From Candidatus Pacearchaeota archaeon (lineage in GTDB: Archaea; Nanobdellota; Nanobdellia; Pacearchaeales; GW2011-AR1), in NCBI GenBank assembly GCA_002686355.1, contig NZBV01000018.1:1-36907 (forward strand): 36,907 nucleotides of DNA. The letters run 5' to 3'. Both the position numbers and the translations under genes were made by a program. Every line of letters begins with the position of its first letter. The first letter of the stretch is position 1. Shown here piece by piece: positions 1-8,815 of the stretch. The notes beneath the pieces are model-generated. The model saw nothing but the letters and a program-made list of their open reading frames with translations. It was not told where the DNA came from and ran no database searches.

Positions 1-1
1 A

Positions 2-76
2 ATAATTGGAATTACCACAGGAGTTTTAATTACCCGTCCTGCTTTCACAGACATGATTAAAAAAATCGAAGAATAA
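2..76 (+). CDS. 3' terminal fragment of a CDS cut by the window edge (...IIGITTGVLITRPAFTDMIKKIEE*). Hydrophobic membrane-protein tail. SecD/SecF-like is only a weak guess.
   Basis: Frame 2 is open from the window edge to TAA 74-76. The tail is a hydrophobic stretch followed by charged residues. The family guess rests only on memory of archaeal SecD/F C-termini. Confidence 0.3.
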   Translation: MIGITTGVLITRPAFTDMIKKIEE

Positions 77-77
77 A

Positions 78-1031
78 ATGAAAATTTTAGTTACAGGGGG
101 TGCAGGATTTATTGGAAGCGTAACAACGAAAAAACTTTTGGATAAAGGTCACGAAGTCGTTGTTTATGATAGCTTAATTAAAGGACACAGAGAATCTGTT
201 GACTCAAGAGCAGAATTTGTCCAGGGATGTTTGAGTGATAAAAGTCTTCTTGACAAAACTTTCAAAAAATTTGGAATCGAAGCAGTAATTCATTTCGCAG
301 GATTTATAGAAGCAGGAGAATCTATGAAAGAACCATCTAAGTTTTTTAAGAATAATGTTATTTACGGATTAAATCTTCTTGATGTAATGGCTAAGAACAA
401 CGTAAAAAAAATAATTTTCTCTTCATCAGCAGCAGTTTACGCGAGCAAAGATTCTCCTCTTGAAGAAGAGGACATAAAAAAACCTGCCAATTTTTATGGA
501 GAAACAAAATTAATCTTTGAAAAATTATTAAGTTGGTATGACGACATCTATCAAATTAAATTTGTAGCTCTGAGATATTTTAATGCAGCAGGTGCCTGCG
601 GGGAATTGGTAGAAAAACACAACCCTGAAACCCATTTAATCCCTTTAGTAATTTTTACAGCTTTGGGAAAAAGAGAAAGCATAAAAATCTTCGGAACAGA
701 TTATTCAACCCCTGATGGAACCGGGATAAGAGATTATGTTGATGTAAAAGATTTAGCAGAAGCTCATATTCTCGCTTTAGAAAATTTAAGAGAAACCTCC
801 AATGCTTACAATGTTGGAACAGGCAAGGGAATTTCTGTAAAAGAAGTTGTAGAAGCTGTAAAAAAAATTAGTGGAAAAGATTTCAATGTGATTGAAGCAG
901 AAAAGAGAGAAGGAGATCCTACGATGCTTGTTGCAAACTCTGAAAAAATAAAAAAAGAGCTTGGGTGGGAAGCAAAAGTAAATTTTGAAGAAGGATTAAG
1001 AGAAACTTTTGAATATTTTAAAAACTCATAA
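78..1031 (+). CDS. galE: UDP-glucose 4-epimerase (extended SDR)
   Basis: 317 aa. N-terminal Rossmann motif GGAGFIGS and catalytic YGETK (YxxxK). RYFNAAG and IRDYVDVKDL blocks are colinear with GalE. Confidence 0.85.
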   Translation: MKILVTGGAGFIGSVTTKKLLDKGHEVVVYDSLIKGHRESVDSRAEFVQGCLSDKSLLDKTFKKFGIEAVIHFAGFIEAGESMKEPSKFFKNNVIYGLNLLDVMAKNNVKKIIFSSSAAVYASKDSPLEEEDIKKPANFYGETKLIFEKLLSWYDDIYQIKFVALRYFNAAGACGELVEKHNPETHLIPLVIFTALGKRESIKIFGTDYSTPDGTGIRDYVDVKDLAEAHILALENLRETSNAYNVGTGKGISVKEVVEAVKKISGKDFNVIEAEKREGDPTMLVANSEKIKKELGWEAKVNFEEGLRETFEYFKNS

Positions 1032-1047
1032 GTTCTCATTTACATAA

Positions 1048-1055
1048 TTATAAAA
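1048..1055 (+). promoter_or_regulatory. Archaeal TATA-box candidate for the flippase gene
   Basis: TTATAAAA centred 26.5 nt upstream of ATG 1078. No SD is present, consistent with a leaderless mRNA. Confidence 0.4.
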
Positions 1056-1077
1056 ATAAAAAAAAGAGTCTCTATCT

Positions 1078-2592
1078 ATGGCAGAAGAAGCTAGACCTAT
1101 TAAAAACAAGATTGTTAAAAATTCTTTTTGGAATTTTTTAATGACTTTCTTCGGGAAAATGGGGGGGTTGATATTTGCAATCTTGCTTGCTAGATTTTTA
1201 TTACCAGAAAAATTTGGGATTTATAGGTTAGCAATGTCCATAACATTAATTTTGCTAACTTTTGCAGATGTAGGAATAAATCAAACATTGATAAGATATT
1301 TTTCAGATTCTCTAAAAAAAACAGGCATAAAAAAAGCGATTTCCGAATATAAATATTTATTAAAATTAAAATTATTCTTAACATTAATTCTCGCAGGTTT
1401 ATTGCTTATTTTTGCATATCCCTTAGCAATGTATGTTTTCCAAAAACCTCTTTTATTTTATCCTTTACTGTTTTCAAGTATTTACCTTCTTATTTATTCT
1501 TTTGAATCTTTTTATAGTGCTTTCTTTTATATTGTTGAAAAAGTTGGATATTTAACAATTAAACAATTCATGTTCGAGGTAATTAGGATTTTTGGGGCAT
1601 TAGCAGTTTTTATTTTCATAGCTAGCCAATATCATATTTTAGGAATTATAGGGATTTTAACACTCTCAACAGCTTTTGCATTAGTCTTTGCGATATATAA
1701 TTTGAACAAATTACTGCCCTCCTTGTTTGAAAAATCTAAAGAAAAATTAGTTGATTATGATAAAAAAAGAATTAATTTGTTCTTATCTTATCTGGTTGTT
1801 GGGGGTTCTTTGATAGTCATTTTCGGGTATGTAGATATAGTAATGTTGGGAATTTTTTTGTCCTCTGAATTTGTTGGATTTTATGCAGCTGCATTAGCTC
1901 TTGCAACTGGTTTGGCCACATTGATAAACATAGCAAACGTTTTACTTCCTGTATTCACCCAATCAAAAAAAGATAACCTCAATCAAATTTTTGCTCAAGT
2001 CTTCAAGTACACAACTCTAATAACAATCCCCATGATTTTTGGGGTCCTTTTCCTTGGAAATTATTTAATTAAATCTATTTATGGACAAAATTATCTTCCA
2101 GCAACCCTACCTCTTTATTTTTTAGCTTTTTTAATGTTAGAAATACCTATAACGAATTCTCTAAAATCTTTATTTACTGCAAGAGAGCAACCAAAATATT
2201 TTGTTAAGATTTTAATTGGGGCAACAATTATGAATATTTTACTCAATTATATTCTAATCACTTCTCTTTTAAAGATTTCAATGAATTGGGCGATTGCAGG
2301 AGCAGCAATAGCTACTTTAACAAGCAGATATTTTTATTTTTTTGGTTTATCCTTTCATGCTAAGAAACAACTTAATGTATCTATAAATTTAAAAAATTTA
2401 ATAAAACCAATAATAGCTTCGATAATAATGATTTCTATTTTATTTGGGATAAATTCGTATATTGGTGATATCAATTATCTAATTGGCATCTGTGAAATAG
2501 TGGGGGGAATTTTGATTTACTTTTTAATCATGTTCTTAATCAAGGGTATAACAAAAAAAGACCTGCTTTTAATAAAAGAAGTTATAAGATAA
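1078..2592 (+). CDS. Polysaccharide biosynthesis protein / Wzx-type oligosaccharide flippase (MOP superfamily)
   Basis: 504 aa, hydrophobic throughout, with about 12-14 predicted TM helices. The N-terminus (NSFWNF...GKMGGLIFAILLARFL..E.FG) is typical of polysaccharide MOP flippases. It lies in a glycan locus. Confidence 0.7.
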   Translation: MAEEARPIKNKIVKNSFWNFLMTFFGKMGGLIFAILLARFLLPEKFGIYRLAMSITLILLTFADVGINQTLIRYFSDSLKKTGIKKAISEYKYLLKLKLFLTLILAGLLLIFAYPLAMYVFQKPLLFYPLLFSSIYLLIYSFESFYSAFFYIVEKVGYLTIKQFMFEVIRIFGALAVFIFIASQYHILGIIGILTLSTAFALVFAIYNLNKLLPSLFEKSKEKLVDYDKKRINLFLSYLVVGGSLIVIFGYVDIVMLGIFLSSEFVGFYAAALALATGLATLINIANVLLPVFTQSKKDNLNQIFAQVFKYTTLITIPMIFGVLFLGNYLIKSIYGQNYLPATLPLYFLAFLMLEIPITNSLKSLFTAREQPKYFVKILIGATIMNILLNYILITSLLKISMNWAIAGAAIATLTSRYFYFFGLSFHAKKQLNVSINLKNLIKPIIASIIMISILFGINSYIGDINYLIGICEIVGGILIYFLIMFLIKGITKKDLLLIKEVIR

Positions 2593-3346
2593 TCTCGGAG
2601 ATTTTTTTTGATTCGTATTTTGATAAAAACAAAGCGATTTTCTTAAATAATCTAAAATTGTCTAATGCAGCCATTGTGGAAGGATGAATTAAAACTATGC
2701 TTGCAATACCTTCATTTTCATTATTCTTCACCCTCTTTTTCAAAATTTCAAACCATTCTTCGGGGCTAACCCTTCCTTTAGTGCAACTTGCAAAAGGATC
2801 TCTATTACTTGGGCCTAGTTTTCCATAAATAATTGTATTTTGATCTACTGGAATATTTATTGGAAGATGAATTACCTCTCCTTTTTTAAATGGGGGTTTT
2901 TCTCCGAGCAAATCTGAAATATATTTTACTCCAACATTTTCCAACAATTTAAATGTTTTTTCATTTGAACCAAAACAATGAGTTCTCCACGAAATCATTT
3001 TAAGTCCAAACCGTTCGAAAGACTTCTTAGTTTTTTTAATATCTTTCTTTTGAAAGTTTGATGAGCCATAGATACAATTGAATAATTTTCTATTTTTATA
3101 GCTCTTTAGTAAATTCATCTTTCCAAAATTATCATATGTATGCCCCCCAAGTTCGACGTTGTAATTTAGTAATTTTTCAGCGCCCTCATTTTCAAAACAT
3201 TTTCCATTAATAAAAATCGTGCAAGAAAGATTATTTTTTTTCAAGATTTTAAGGTATTCTTCTGCAGCCTTGACTTCAGAACCAACTTTTTTCTGTTCCC
3301 ATCCTCCCATACTCTTTGAATGGACGTCGCCTGTAATAAATATCAT
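2582..3346 (-). CDS. Polysaccharide deacetylase-like protein (CE4 / ArnD-deformylase-like)
   Basis: 254 aa. The block order ITGDVH ... TIFINGK ... ELGGHTYDN ... ISWRTHCF ... HLPINIPVD ... VLIHPS is colinear with ArnD/NodB-fold deacetylases as I remember them. Family-level call only. Confidence 0.5.
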   Translation of the reverse strand: MIFITGDVHSKSMGGWEQKKVGSEVKAAEEYLKILKKNNLSCTIFINGKCFENEGAEKLLNYNVELGGHTYDNFGKMNLLKSYKNRKLFNCIYGSSNFQKKDIKKTKKSFERFGLKMISWRTHCFGSNEKTFKLLENVGVKYISDLLGEKPPFKKGEVIHLPINIPVDQNTIIYGKLGPSNRDPFASCTKGRVSPEEWFEILKKRVKNNENEGIASIVLIHPSTMAALDNFRLFKKIALFLSKYESKKISEIIL

Positions 3347-3443
3347 GCTAGTAAATTCTGAGGGAAGTATATAAACTTAATTATTTTTTATTAAGAAGAA
3401 AATTCAACCAAACTTTTATAAATTCAATTTTTTATTAAACAAA
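3347..3443. promoter_or_regulatory. Divergent promoter region with two TATA-box candidates
   Basis: TTTATATA (minus strand, 3368-3375) is centred 25.5 nt from ATG 3346. TTTATAAA (plus strand, 3415-3422) is centred 25.5 nt from ATG 3444. Confidence 0.5.
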
Positions 3444-5066
3444 ATGAGCAACGTATTATTGATAATTCCGAGGTATGATGTGACAAAAAGCAATAAAAAA
3501 GATTATAGTTATCAGTCTCCTGTGGGGCTGGGCTATATTTGCGCAACTCTGAGAAAAGAAGAATACAAGGTTGATTGCCTTAATCTGAATCACTCTGACA
3601 AAGGGCTTGCTGAACTTATACATGGCGCTTTAAAAAAGAGAAAATATGATTTTGTATGCACAGGGCATCTAGGAGTGGGGTACCCTGTAATTGAAAAAAT
3701 AATTAATGCAGTAAAATCCTACAACCCAAACCAGGCTGTTATTGTAGGTGGCCCGATTATCTCAAGCGAGCCAGAATTCATGGCAGAAAATCTTAAATTT
3801 GATTTTGGGGTGGTTGGTGAAGGAGAAGTTACAATTATTGAACTCCTTGATTTTATAAAAAAGAATAAAGATGTTTCAAAAGTAAAAGGCATTGTTTATA
3901 AGGGCAAATCTGGAAAAATCATAAGAACCTCCCCCAGGGAGAGAATTGAAGATTTAGATACTATTCCTTTTCCAGATTATAGTGACTTTGGTTTAAATGA
4001 AAAGATGGATAATATGTATTCAATAGACTCTCTTTACGGAACAATGGATCACCCCCGGACTTATTTTATGATTGGAAGCAGGGGTTGCCCTTTCCAGTGC
4101 ACTTTTTGTTATCAGAGTCTTGGTCAAAAATACAAGACAAGATCTGTAAAAAATATAATCAAAGAACTGGAATTTGCAATTGACAAATACAGGGCAAATT
4201 CCTTTCATATGTATGACGACCTTTTTTCAGTCAATAAAGAAAGACTTTATGATTTTTGCAAAGAAGTAAAAAAGTTAAACAAAAGAAGAAATGTAAATCT
4301 TAGATGGGTTTGCTCTTTATGGGTCAGCACTGTTGATGAAGAACTCCTCAAATTTTTAAAAGATTCCGGATGCACAGGGATTTGTTTTGGTTTTGAAAGT
4401 TATAGTAAAAAAGTTTTAAAGAGTATGAAAAAAAGCATAACTCCTGAGCAAATAGACAATGCAATGAAAGCGTGCATGAAAGTTCATATGCCTATTATTG
4501 CAAATTTTATTTTTGGGGATGTCACAGAAACAAAAGAAACCGCAAAAGAAACCCTTGATTATTGGAAGGAGCACTGCAATGATCAGGCAAAACTCTTTTT
4601 TATCCACGCTTATCCTGGAAGTGAAATTTATAATCATTGTATAAGAAAAGGGTTAATCAAAGACAAATTAGATTTTATTAGGAATAAAATCCCGCACACT
4701 TTTTTTATGAATATGACTGATAAAATGACTGATAAAGAATTTGAAGATTTGAAAAAAGAAATTTATAGATTAAAAGTTAAACATGGCAATTATGTTGTTC
4801 CATTTAAAGTTAAAAAAACAGATAAAAAAGATGTTTACAATCTTTCTGTTAAATGTCCTTTTTGCAAACAAACCAGCACACATAAAAATAATTATTTTTC
4901 TAATAGATTTTTCTACAGATTCCATGTTCATTGCAGAAACTGCGGAATGAGGTATCATTTAGTCAGCAAAGTCTACAAATTCACAATGGACCATTATGTT
5001 GAACTTGATTTTTTCAGAAGAAATTATCTTGAGTATAGGGGGATGTTACTTAGGAAAAAAATTTGA
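3444..5066 (+). CDS. B12-binding-domain radical SAM enzyme (class B), with C-terminal zinc ribbon (rSAM-1)
   Basis: 540 aa. N-terminal Rossmann-like domain (VGLGYICATL, VIVGGPIIS, VVGEGEVT), then LDTIPFPDY and the cluster motif GCPFQCTFC (Cx3Cx2C at 4086-4109). An extra CPFC...CRNC motif lies at 4854-4943. Confidence 0.85.
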   Translation: MSNVLLIIPRYDVTKSNKKDYSYQSPVGLGYICATLRKEEYKVDCLNLNHSDKGLAELIHGALKKRKYDFVCTGHLGVGYPVIEKIINAVKSYNPNQAVIVGGPIISSEPEFMAENLKFDFGVVGEGEVTIIELLDFIKKNKDVSKVKGIVYKGKSGKIIRTSPRERIEDLDTIPFPDYSDFGLNEKMDNMYSIDSLYGTMDHPRTYFMIGSRGCPFQCTFCYQSLGQKYKTRSVKNIIKELEFAIDKYRANSFHMYDDLFSVNKERLYDFCKEVKKLNKRRNVNLRWVCSLWVSTVDEELLKFLKDSGCTGICFGFESYSKKVLKSMKKSITPEQIDNAMKACMKVHMPIIANFIFGDVTETKETAKETLDYWKEHCNDQAKLFFIHAYPGSEIYNHCIRKGLIKDKLDFIRNKIPHTFFMNMTDKMTDKEFEDLKKEIYRLKVKHGNYVVPFKVKKTDKKDVYNLSVKCPFCKQTSTHKNNYFSNRFFYRFHVHCRNCGMRYHLVSKVYKFTMDHYVELDFFRRNYLEYRGMLLRKKI

Positions 5067-5068
5067 GG
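5064..5068 (+). promoter_or_regulatory. Shine-Dalgarno site for the internal operon gene (DUF362-ferredoxin)
   Basis: GAGGA lies 8 nt upstream of ATG 5077. Confidence 0.5.
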
Positions 5069-5076
5069 ATTAAAAG

Positions 5077-6183
5077 ATGTCTGAAAAAAGATTTATTGTT
5101 TCTATTGAAAAATGTTCTTCTTACGACCCGGAAAAAGTCAGAGTTGCCTTGGAAAATGGTTTGAAAAACATCAATTTTGAATTAGAGGAAAATTTAAAAA
5201 TTCTTATCAAGCCTAATTTAATATTTCCTGCAAAACCAGAAACTGCAATAATTACCCACCCAATTGTTTTGGAAGAATTATGTAAAATTTTGAAAAAGAA
5301 AAATGCCACTATTTTTATTGGGGAAAGTTCATCTTATGATACAGATAAATCCTTTGAAATTTCCGGAATTAATAAGCTCTCTAAATATGCAAAGATAATT
5401 AATTTTGAATCATCTCCAAAAAAGTTTTTCAATCTTGGAGCAGGAGAGTTAATGAATGTGCCTTTTCCAGAAATTCTTTTTGATGTTGATTTAATTATTA
5501 ATGTCTCAAAATTAAAAACCCATAATTTCACTAGAGCTACATTATGTGTAAAAAATCTCTATGGGTGCATCCCTGGAGGATTAAAAGGAAAATTTCACGG
5601 GGTCATCCCTTCTATCCAAAATTTTTCAAAATTTCTTTTAAAGATTAGTGAAAAAATTAATCCAGGATTGAACATTATTGATGGTGTTGTGGGGTTAGAA
5701 GGTAATGGTCCAGGTTTTGCAGGAAAACCGAAAAATTCAGGAATTTTGGTTGTATCTAAAAAAGCGGTTGCAGGAGATTTTGCAGCTTCAAAATTAATGG
5801 GTTTTAAACCTAAAGAGATTTATACAAATAAATTTTCAGGTATCGATGAAAGTGAAATAAAGATTGTTGGAAATGCGAAAGATACTCAATTAAATTTTAG
5901 AAAACCAAAATTTTCTCCAAAGATATTTCTGTCTGGTTTTTTAAAATTTCTTCCAGGTCCCAAAATAAGTTTTGATAAACTTAAATGTGTAAAATGCGGA
6001 ATTTGCAGGGACAAATGTCCTGTTGGGGCAATCGAATTAGATAAAGAGATAAAATGCAAGCATAAAAAATGCATTAATTGTCTATGTTGTATTGAAGTTT
6101 GTCCTAACGCCGCAGTTTTTCTTGAAAGACCCTTTATTATCAGATTTCTGAAATCAATCATTGTGCGAAAACAAAAGGTTTAA
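5077..6183 (+). CDS. DUF362 domain protein fused to a 2x[4Fe-4S] ferredoxin domain
   Basis: 368 aa. DUF362-like N-terminus (ILIKPNL...ITHP...IGESSS). The C-terminus carries CVKCGICRDKCP and CINCLCCIEVCP. A GAGGA site lies 8 nt upstream of the ATG, and the gene starts 10 nt after the rSAM-1 stop. Confidence 0.75.
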   Translation: MSEKRFIVSIEKCSSYDPEKVRVALENGLKNINFELEENLKILIKPNLIFPAKPETAIITHPIVLEELCKILKKKNATIFIGESSSYDTDKSFEISGINKLSKYAKIINFESSPKKFFNLGAGELMNVPFPEILFDVDLIINVSKLKTHNFTRATLCVKNLYGCIPGGLKGKFHGVIPSIQNFSKFLLKISEKINPGLNIIDGVVGLEGNGPGFAGKPKNSGILVVSKKAVAGDFAASKLMGFKPKEIYTNKFSGIDESEIKIVGNAKDTQLNFRKPKFSPKIFLSGFLKFLPGPKISFDKLKCVKCGICRDKCPVGAIELDKEIKCKHKKCINCLCCIEVCPNAAVFLERPFIIRFLKSIIVRKQKV

Positions 6184-6251
6184 AATTAAAATAGAAAAGA
6201 ACGATAAAAGGTAGATCAGATTTTATTAAAAAATTTATTCTTTTATTAATT
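6184..6251. terminator. Convergent intergenic spacer with oligo-T tracts on both strands (archaeal-type terminator candidates)
   Basis: This is the only sizeable convergent spacer in the window. T4 on the plus strand lies at 6221-6224 and T6 on the minus strand at 6228-6233. I saw no convincing hairpin. Confidence 0.3.
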
Positions 6252-7541
6252 TTAAAGCAAGTTCTCAACAACTTTTTTTCCATGCAAAATAGAATCATCC
6301 ATAGAAGAGTGCTCCCATGCCCCAAATTGCCCAACAGAATATATGCTATTTTTTATTAGATAATCCCGAATTAATTTCAGATTTTCATTGCGATTAAAAT
6401 CAAAAAGCACATATGCATGTTCTAATTTTAAAACATCCTTAAAAACAACTTCTTTTTTATCTTTAAGAAACCCCATTTTTATCAGATCCTCAATTATTCT
6501 CTCAATTAAATCTTCATCTGAGATTTTTTTATCATCAAGATAAGACCATTCTGCACAAATTGAACTCATTCCTTGCGGAGCAACATTTTTTCCATAGTTT
6601 GTTGCAAAGCTCAATCTATATGTTAAGACATCTTCTTGCGGGACATAAAGCACCTGATGTTCAGAAACTTTTGGTTTATTAACCCCCAAAATAATCGCAC
6701 AAATAGTATTGCACCTTAATTTCTTAGCTGCATTTTTAATCTCCTCAGGAGCCCCATCAATTAGTCCAACTAATTTTTTAAGAGGCATAGTAGAAACCAA
6801 ATTTTCAAAAGGATAATTTGTTTTTTCTGTAAAAACAATTTTTTTATCAATATCTATCTTAGTTACTTTTTCATCTAGTTTAATGTTTATGATTTTTCTA
6901 GCAATTGCTTTTGGAAGAAAATCTATCCCCCCCTCTTTATTATAGCCAAATTGATAATTATATCCTACCTTTGCTTTTGACATGTCTTTATTAGCACCTT
7001 TAATTATCTCTTTTAAATCAAAACGAGGAATATATCTTCCAAGATTTTCAAGAGTCAATTCTTTTGGATGAACACAATAGCATTTTTTATTATACGGAAG
7101 CATAAAGTGCTTGGCAATGCCTTCTCCTAAAGCCATTTTTATCCATTCGTAAAAATTAGTAGGGGTTTGTCCGTTAAACTTTTTATCAGCATCAATAGCT
7201 CCGGCTAAACATTCTTTTTTAGTTTCTTCATCCAGATGATAAAGATTATATTGAAAAGGATAAGGAACAACCCTCCCATTTATCAATATGCCATGTTTTC
7301 TATCCTCTGAAATTAACGCATCACCAAGCAAATCCCTTACAAGTTTTGTTATTTCTTTATTTCCAAAGAAAAACATATGTGGTGCAAAGTCAAATACAAA
7401 CCCATTTTTCCTAAATGTTCTGCACAATCCTCCAACTTCTGGATTAGCTTCAAGCAAAACATAATCTTTATTGCCCCGCTTTTCAAGATAATACGCTGTA
7501 CTTAAACCACTAAGACCCGCACCAATGATGATTGTTTTCAT
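6252..7541 (-). CDS. FAD-dependent oxidoreductase, UDP-galactopyranose-mutase-like / amine-oxidase-like
   Basis: The dinucleotide fold MKTIIIGAGLSGLSTAYYL...LEA..EVGG begins at the internal ATG 7541. The ORF-track start at 7598 is TTG and would overlap pseB. Blocks APHMFF, PYPFQ, EWIKMALGEGIAKHFMLPYNKK and the C-terminal GQFGAWEH resemble Glf-type mutases from memory. Confidence 0.55.
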   Translation of the reverse strand: MKTIIIGAGLSGLSTAYYLEKRGNKDYVLLEANPEVGGLCRTFRKNGFVFDFAPHMFFFGNKEITKLVRDLLGDALISEDRKHGILINGRVVPYPFQYNLYHLDEETKKECLAGAIDADKKFNGQTPTNFYEWIKMALGEGIAKHFMLPYNKKCYCVHPKELTLENLGRYIPRFDLKEIIKGANKDMSKAKVGYNYQFGYNKEGGIDFLPKAIARKIINIKLDEKVTKIDIDKKIVFTEKTNYPFENLVSTMPLKKLVGLIDGAPEEIKNAAKKLRCNTICAIILGVNKPKVSEHQVLYVPQEDVLTYRLSFATNYGKNVAPQGMSSICAEWSYLDDKKISDEDLIERIIEDLIKMGFLKDKKEVVFKDVLKLEHAYVLFDFNRNENLKLIRDYLIKNSIYSVGQFGAWEHSSMDDSILHGKKVVENLL

Positions 7542-7563
7542 TTTCTTATTTGTTAATCTCAAC

Positions 7564-7571
7564 TTTAATAA
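7564..7571 (-). promoter_or_regulatory. TATA-box candidate for the UGM-like flavoenzyme gene
   Basis: TTATTAAA (minus strand) is centred 26.5 nt upstream of ATG 7541, in the 44-nt gap after pseB. It supports the shorter start. Confidence 0.4.
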
Positions 7572-7585
7572 TTTTTGGAAAAGAA

Positions 7586-8701
7586 TTATTTCTTCCAACC
7601 ATGAACATATTCATTATAAGCTCGCACATGCTTTCCAACTAATTTTACCATATCATCTATTGTTAAAAACTTAGGATTAGTATTACTCACATATTGGAAT
7701 GTATCTGAAACAGACTTCCCCCCAACATGATAATCTTTCTCCCACCAATCAAACTGTGGCTGAATAATATAATAGTCTTCAAATTCAATTACATTTCTTG
7801 CATCATCTGCAGCAATCATTGATTCATGCAATTTTTCACCTGGTTTAATTCCAATATATTTTATCTCACATTCAGGAGCAATTGCCTTTGCCAAATCAAC
7901 AATCCTCATGCTTGGAATTTTTGGAACAAAAATTTCCCCCCCTCTCATACGTCTAAGACTATTTACGACAAATTTCACCCCATCCTCAAGAGTTATCCAA
8001 AACCTTGTCATTCTCTCATCAGTGATTGGAAGAACACCTTCTCTCTTTTTTTCTAAAAAGAAAGGAATAATACTCCCCCTGCTCCCAATAACATTTCCAT
8101 ATCTTGCAACAGCAAAAGAAGTTCTTTTTGTAGGAGAATGAGAGTTTGCTGCTACAAACAGTTTATCAGAACATAGTTTTGTTGCCCCATATAGGTTAAC
8201 AGGGTTGCAAGCCTTGTCTGTGCTAAATGCAATGACTTTTTCAATATTATTTTCTAATGCAACCTCAATTATATTCATTGCTCCAAGAATATTTGTCTTG
8301 ATTGTTTCAGGAGGGTTTTCTTCTCCAGTATGAACAATTTTCATTGCAGCTGTATGAACAATATAATCTACTCCTTTGCACGCAAGACTAAGCCTTTTTC
8401 TATCTCGCACATCTCCTAGAACAAATTTTAGGATTTTATTGCCATATTCTTTATTCATAAACCATTGCTTCATCTCATCACGGCTATATACAATAATCTG
8501 CTTTGGGCAATCATGTTCAAGAACATGTTTAATAAAGGCATTTCCAAAAGAACCTGTTCCGCCAGTGATTAAGATTGTTTTTCCTTCAAATATTTTCTTT
8601 TGAAAGTTTGGAGAAACACTCCTTTCAATCCTCTCCTGATTAATAACATCTCCCTTATAATCAGAATTATTCTCTTTAAATCCCCATACATTATTTTCCA
8701 T
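7586..8701 (-). CDS. pseB: UDP-N-acetylglucosamine 4,6-dehydratase (inverting), PseB/FlaA1/CapD family
   Basis: 371 aa. Near-continuous colinearity with H. pylori FlaA1/PseB from memory: ILITGGTGSFG, IIVYSRDEMKQ, GDVRD, NPVNLYGATKLCSDKLF, RYGNVIGSRGSIIPFF, RMTRFWITLEDGV, GGEIFVPKIPSMRI, GIKPGEKLHE. It has an N-terminal extension of about 40 aa. Confidence 0.85.
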   Translation of the reverse strand: MENNVWGFKENNSDYKGDVINQERIERSVSPNFQKKIFEGKTILITGGTGSFGNAFIKHVLEHDCPKQIIVYSRDEMKQWFMNKEYGNKILKFVLGDVRDRKRLSLACKGVDYIVHTAAMKIVHTGEENPPETIKTNILGAMNIIEVALENNIEKVIAFSTDKACNPVNLYGATKLCSDKLFVAANSHSPTKRTSFAVARYGNVIGSRGSIIPFFLEKKREGVLPITDERMTRFWITLEDGVKFVVNSLRRMRGGEIFVPKIPSMRIVDLAKAIAPECEIKYIGIKPGEKLHESMIAADDARNVIEFEDYYIIQPQFDWWEKDYHVGGKSVSDTFQYVSNTNPKFLTIDDMVKLVGKHVRAYNEYVHGWKK

Positions 8702-8815
8702 TTATTCTCATATCCCAAACCCTTTAAAAGATTATCTGTGCTATTTTGACAGTGTTTCTCAATAGTTAAGTTTTTATATTCGCCAGTTGTGCAAATTTTG
8801 AATCAAACACATAAA
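8702..8815. promoter_or_regulatory. Divergent promoter region (pseB / 3-dehydratase operon)
   Basis: TTTTAAA (minus strand, 8723-8729) is centred 25 nt from ATG 8701. TTTTTATATT (plus strand, 8771-8780) would give a leader of about 14 nt to ATG 8816. Confidence 0.45.

Noticed and set aside
41-77. A TATA box for galE at the standard distance.
   Set aside because: The only A/T-rich run (ATTAAAAA, 56-63) is centred about 18 nt from ATG 78, and the upstream CDS ends 1 nt before the ATG. Co-transcription with the upstream gene is more likely than an independent promoter.
6252-7541. The FAD oxidoreductase as the DprE1 equivalent of the DPA-like module.
   Set aside because: It has an N-terminal GxGxxG Rossmann FAD fold (UGM/amine-oxidase type), not the PCMH/vanillyl-alcohol-oxidase fold of DprE1. 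It lies 11 kb away in the nucleotide-sugar operon.
7542-7598. Longer N-terminal extensions suggested by the ORF track at 7598, 8789, 14855, 16188, 22413, 22426, 28616 and 29925.
   Set aside because: Six of the eight start at TTG or GTG; 14855 and 22413 are ATG. All read through TATA-like or promoter sequence or overlap the upstream gene. In every case an internal ATG coincides with the start of the conserved domain and with a TATA box about 25 nt upstream or a GAGGA SD. The RHH case (14855 against 14813) remains genuinely ambiguous.
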